Below are positions 57,670-60,038 of a DNA stretch of 60,038 bases, one piece after another. The translations under genes and the position numbers were made by a program. The stretch covers positions 1 to 60,038 of the forward strand of contig PCWA01000092.1 in assembly GCA_002796125.1 (NCBI GenBank), in the 5' to 3' direction. The first letter of the stretch is position 1; each line of letters starts with the position of its first letter. Under the pieces are notes generated by a model. The model was not told the DNA's origin. It did not search any database and was given only the letters and a program-made list of their open reading frames with translations. The stretch comes from Candidatus Ghiorseimicrobium undicola (GTDB lineage Bacteria; Omnitrophota; Gorgyraeia; Ghiorseimicrobiales; Ghiorseimicrobiaceae).

Positions 57670-58104
57670 ATGACTGAAGGAAAAGTAATTTATCAGGAAA
57701 AATGTGTTATTGAGGCCAAAAATAACGAAGGCAAGCTTTATAGCCGTGAAATCTCTTTTACTGTCGGGGAATTATCCCGTAAAGAGGTTAGCGGGAAAAA
57801 GATTATTGCTCTAGAAACAGAATTTAAGAACGGCCTAAAAATTGAGAAAGAAACCTTGGCTGTTTCTGATCTAAAGTATGTACGTGATTATTTCCTAAAG
57901 AAGCTTACTGCCGCGATTGATTTAGTCCATCCGGAGAAAAGAGTTAAAATTACCTTTCCGCAGGGCAATAAATATTTGAAGATGCGCCGCGCTTATTGCC
58001 AGAACTGCCATAAACGTATCAAAGAATTTTACGGCTTCTATGAAGGCAGGGTAGAAAAGTGCCCGCATTGCGCAAGGCCTACCGTTTTAAAACGAACCCA
58101 ATAA
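57670..58104 (+). CDS. Hypothetical protein with C-terminal zinc ribbon
   Basis: CQNC...CPHC; RBS GGGAG. Confidence 0.7.
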   Translation: MTEGKVIYQEKCVIEAKNNEGKLYSREISFTVGELSRKEVSGKKIIALETEFKNGLKIEKETLAVSDLKYVRDYFLKKLTAAIDLVHPEKRVKITFPQGNKYLKMRRAYCQNCHKRIKEFYGFYEGRVEKCPHCARPTVLKRTQ

Positions 58105-58113
58105 AATTAACTG

Positions 58114-58293
58114 ATGGCTGAAAGATTAGAAATAACTTTTGACGAAAAAGAGATTATCGAAGGCTGGCGTATGATAAAAAGGTACCGCAAAGGCCATTTG
58201 CAGGTAACTTTAAGGTCAGACGGCACGCAATACTATCTCGAAATGACCCCGGCTAAAGAAGGCCGGGTAATAAACGACAAAATAAATTCTTAA
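58114..58293 (+). CDS. 59-aa hypothetical protein (not in the ORF track)
   Basis: MAERLEITFDEKEIIEGWRMIKRYRKGHLQVTLRSDG...INS*, 9 nt after the previous stop. Confidence 0.55.
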   Translation: MAERLEITFDEKEIIEGWRMIKRYRKGHLQVTLRSDGTQYYLEMTPAKEGRVINDKINS

Positions 58294-58302
58294 AGAAAAT
58301 TC

Positions 58303-58331
58303 TTGACAGGATTTAATCTTTAAGGTAATCT
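58303..58331 (+). promoter_or_regulatory. Promoter upstream of the replication gene
   Basis: TTGACA-17-TAATCT. Confidence 0.55.
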
Positions 58332-58395
58332 TGTTTTTAACAATTTGATTATTTAAGCAGTCGCTGTCACTCGGTCTAATAGATCAGAGAAAAAC

Positions 58396-58438
58396 AGGGC
58401 TGGTTTTCCGATTCGTTTCGGAGAGCCAGCCCTTTTTT
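58396..58438 (+). terminator. Terminator/attenuator between the promoter and the replication gene
   Basis: AGGGCTGGTTTTCCGA...TCGGAGAGCCAGCCCT followed by a T run. Confidence 0.75.
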
Positions 58439-58453
58439 ATTTTCTTATGTCCA

Positions 58454-58861
58454 ATGAAATATGCCTCGCCGCAGCTTGAAGATGGTTATACAAGGATTGC
58501 TAATGAGCTGTTAGAGGCAATTATAATCTATCCTTTTCGCGCGGTTGAATTAAAAATTGTGCTTTTTATCATCAGAAAAACCTACGGCTGGAAAAAGAAA
58601 ACGGAAATTATCAGTTACGGAGCGATTGCCAGAGAGCTAAAAACCGATATCCGTTACGTAAAAAGACTAATGAATAAACTCGTTTCTGACAGGGTTATTT
58701 TTAAAGTCAAGATAGGCAGGCAGAATCTTATCGGCTTAAACAAAAACTATACAGCTTGGATGTTGTGGCTTTGCTCATCGGAAAGCAAACCACCGCCCTC
58801 TGGCTTGTGGAAAACCGACAATGCCGGTGGCGGGCAGTCCACTGGGGTAGTGGTTAGCTGA
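58454..58861 (+). CDS. Lambda O-type replication initiator, N-terminal domain only
   Basis: SPQLEDGYTRIANELLEAI, IIRKTYGWKKK and GLNKNY. Confidence 0.85.
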   Translation: MKYASPQLEDGYTRIANELLEAIIIYPFRAVELKIVLFIIRKTYGWKKKTEIISYGAIARELKTDIRYVKRLMNKLVSDRVIFKVKIGRQNLIGLNKNYTAWMLWLCSSESKPPPSGLWKTDNAGGGQSTGVVVS

Positions 58862-58912
58862 CCACTATGATAGTGGCGCAGCGGCCACCAAAAGTAGTGG
58901 TTTGCAGGCCAC
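58827..58912. repeat. Four GTGG-N8-CCAC palindromic iteron-like repeats (putative origin)
   Basis: Start at 58827, 58850, 58873 and 58897 (periods 23, 23, 24); followed by an A-rich tract. Confidence 0.75.
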
Positions 58913-59005
58913 CACATATAAAGAAAGAAAGAAAATTAAAAATAGTAGTAAAGAAAGGCCGTTAATTCTGTTGATAAAAAACTGTTTTTAAATTAATTAA
59001 AAATT

Positions 59006-59908
59006 ATGCAGAGAAAAAAACGCGAAATCTCTGAAACAATCTTAGTCGGCCGAGGCGTAGAGCTTGAGAAGCTCAAAGAGAATATTAAGAATAAAAAACA
59101 CACTTCTCTAACCGGAGATATCGGTACCGGCAAAACCCATCTTTTAAAGTATGCGGTCAAAGACATGAAAAAAGTTATTTACGTAGAGCGTATTCACCCT
59201 TTAAAAACAGCAGTTTTAGAAATTGCCTTTTGCCTGCATAAGCAGGGAAAATTAGCCATAGAGGGAGTGCACGCCGAATACCTGGAATGGAGGGATCTCA
59301 AAAGAAAGGTTACTCGCCTTCCCATAGCTGAGCTCCTTAGCTGTATCTTAGATGGCCTATTCAATCAGAACTATATCTTAGTTTTGGACCATCTGGAAGG
59401 CCTTACTCCTTCTATGGCTTTTACAATATCCTGTTTGATGGATAAATGCCTGCTTTTAGGCGCGACTAACGATTTAAAGAAAGCGGGACATCTTTCTAAA
59501 ATCTGGTGGAGGTTTGAACATATAGAAATTAAGAACTTAGATAAAGAAGACGCCAAGGTTTTGCTCTGGCTTTACGCGGATAAAGAAAGAATTAAAGATG
59601 AAGCGATGTTTGAAAATAAAGTATTAACTCACTCTTGCGGTAATCCTCTCGCCATCGTTGAGATGGCGCGGCGCACCGGCCCGGAGAAATTCGACGATCC
59701 GCAGAAAATCCGAGACCTAAGGCATGATGCCGGAGTAAGGTATTTTGACCTTTCACCCTGTTTATTATTTATCGGGGCGATTATTGTGGCAGTACGATTT
59801 ATCTCTTTAGGCTTAAATGATACGGATGGCTATATCTTAGCCGGTTCATTCGGAGCGTTCTTTATATTTTTGAGATTTTTTATCTATAAGTCCATGCGAG
59901 AGGCTTAA
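59006..59908 (+). CDS. P-loop (AAA+-like) ATPase with C-terminal TM hairpin
   Basis: LVGRGVEL, Walker A GDIGTGKT, Walker B LVLDHLE, GNP and two C-terminal hydrophobic helices. Confidence 0.8.
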   Translation: MQRKKREISETILVGRGVELEKLKENIKNKKHTSLTGDIGTGKTHLLKYAVKDMKKVIYVERIHPLKTAVLEIAFCLHKQGKLAIEGVHAEYLEWRDLKRKVTRLPIAELLSCILDGLFNQNYILVLDHLEGLTPSMAFTISCLMDKCLLLGATNDLKKAGHLSKIWWRFEHIEIKNLDKEDAKVLLWLYADKERIKDEAMFENKVLTHSCGNPLAIVEMARRTGPEKFDDPQKIRDLRHDAGVRYFDLSPCLLFIGAIIVAVRFISLGLNDTDGYILAGSFGAFFIFLRFFIYKSMREA

Positions 59909-59965
59909 GGTTGGCAATTTTTGCTATATATAAGAAAAAAACACACAGAGAAAGGACAAAAATCT

Positions 59966-60038
59966 ATGCTGGTAATCGGAGATGATTTAAAAAAGAAAAA
60001 GGTTATTCAGATTGATGCCGCGCGTTCCCGGGCAATTC
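59966..60038 (+). CDS. Partial ORF running off the window, possibly a HerA/DUF87-type ATPase
   Basis: ATG after AAGGA: MLVIGDDLKKKKVIQIDAARSRAI..., resembling the strand that precedes Walker A in HerA-like ATPases. Confidence 0.35.
   Translation, partial: MLVIGDDLKKKKVIQIDAARSRAI

Larger units (their letters stand above)
43167..60038. mobile_element. Integrated element (ICE/IME or prophage-like island) inserted in tRNA-Ala; continues beyond the window
   Basis: Split tRNA, arm-type repeats, Nuc-like PLD, R-M, Xis-like HTH, XRE switch and lambda-O-type replication gene; integrase not in the window. Confidence 0.8.

Overview
The window has two parts. (1) 1-43166 is core bacterial chromosome; gene content and repeat style suggest Candidatus Omnitrophota or a relative, which is an inference. 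It holds glycosylation genes, a SpeD-like decarboxylase, rplM-rpsI, a long argCJBDFGH-lysA-dapFABL-folK/panC-nadX run, uvrA, a TPR-ExbB-ExbD-TonB-like locus and a type IV pilus cluster (PilM-N fusion, O, P, Q, B, C, pilins). It is interspersed with short palindromic and 7-8-nt micro-repeat elements, some inserted in frame in genes. (2) From a tRNA-Ala(CGC) gene cut exactly after its anticodon loop (43129-43166) to the window end is an integrated mobile element; no integrase or far boundary is visible. It carries a PLD nuclease, a BglII-like R-M pair beside an RxxxxH (HEPN-like) protein, an hsdR remnant and a lambda-O-type replication gene with iteron-like repeats. Its most unusual cargo is an apparent operon: Xis-like HTH, receiver-domain/ketosynthase fusion, ACP, hot-dog thioesterase, 7TM-GAF histidine kinase, receiver, DHp-like repeat protein and double receiver. 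Next to it is a divergent XRE-cupin switch upstream of the replication genes. I propose this as a candidate element-encoded acyl-signal synthesis and sensing (quorum-sensing-like) circuit. All family assignments come from motif recognition; no database searches were run.
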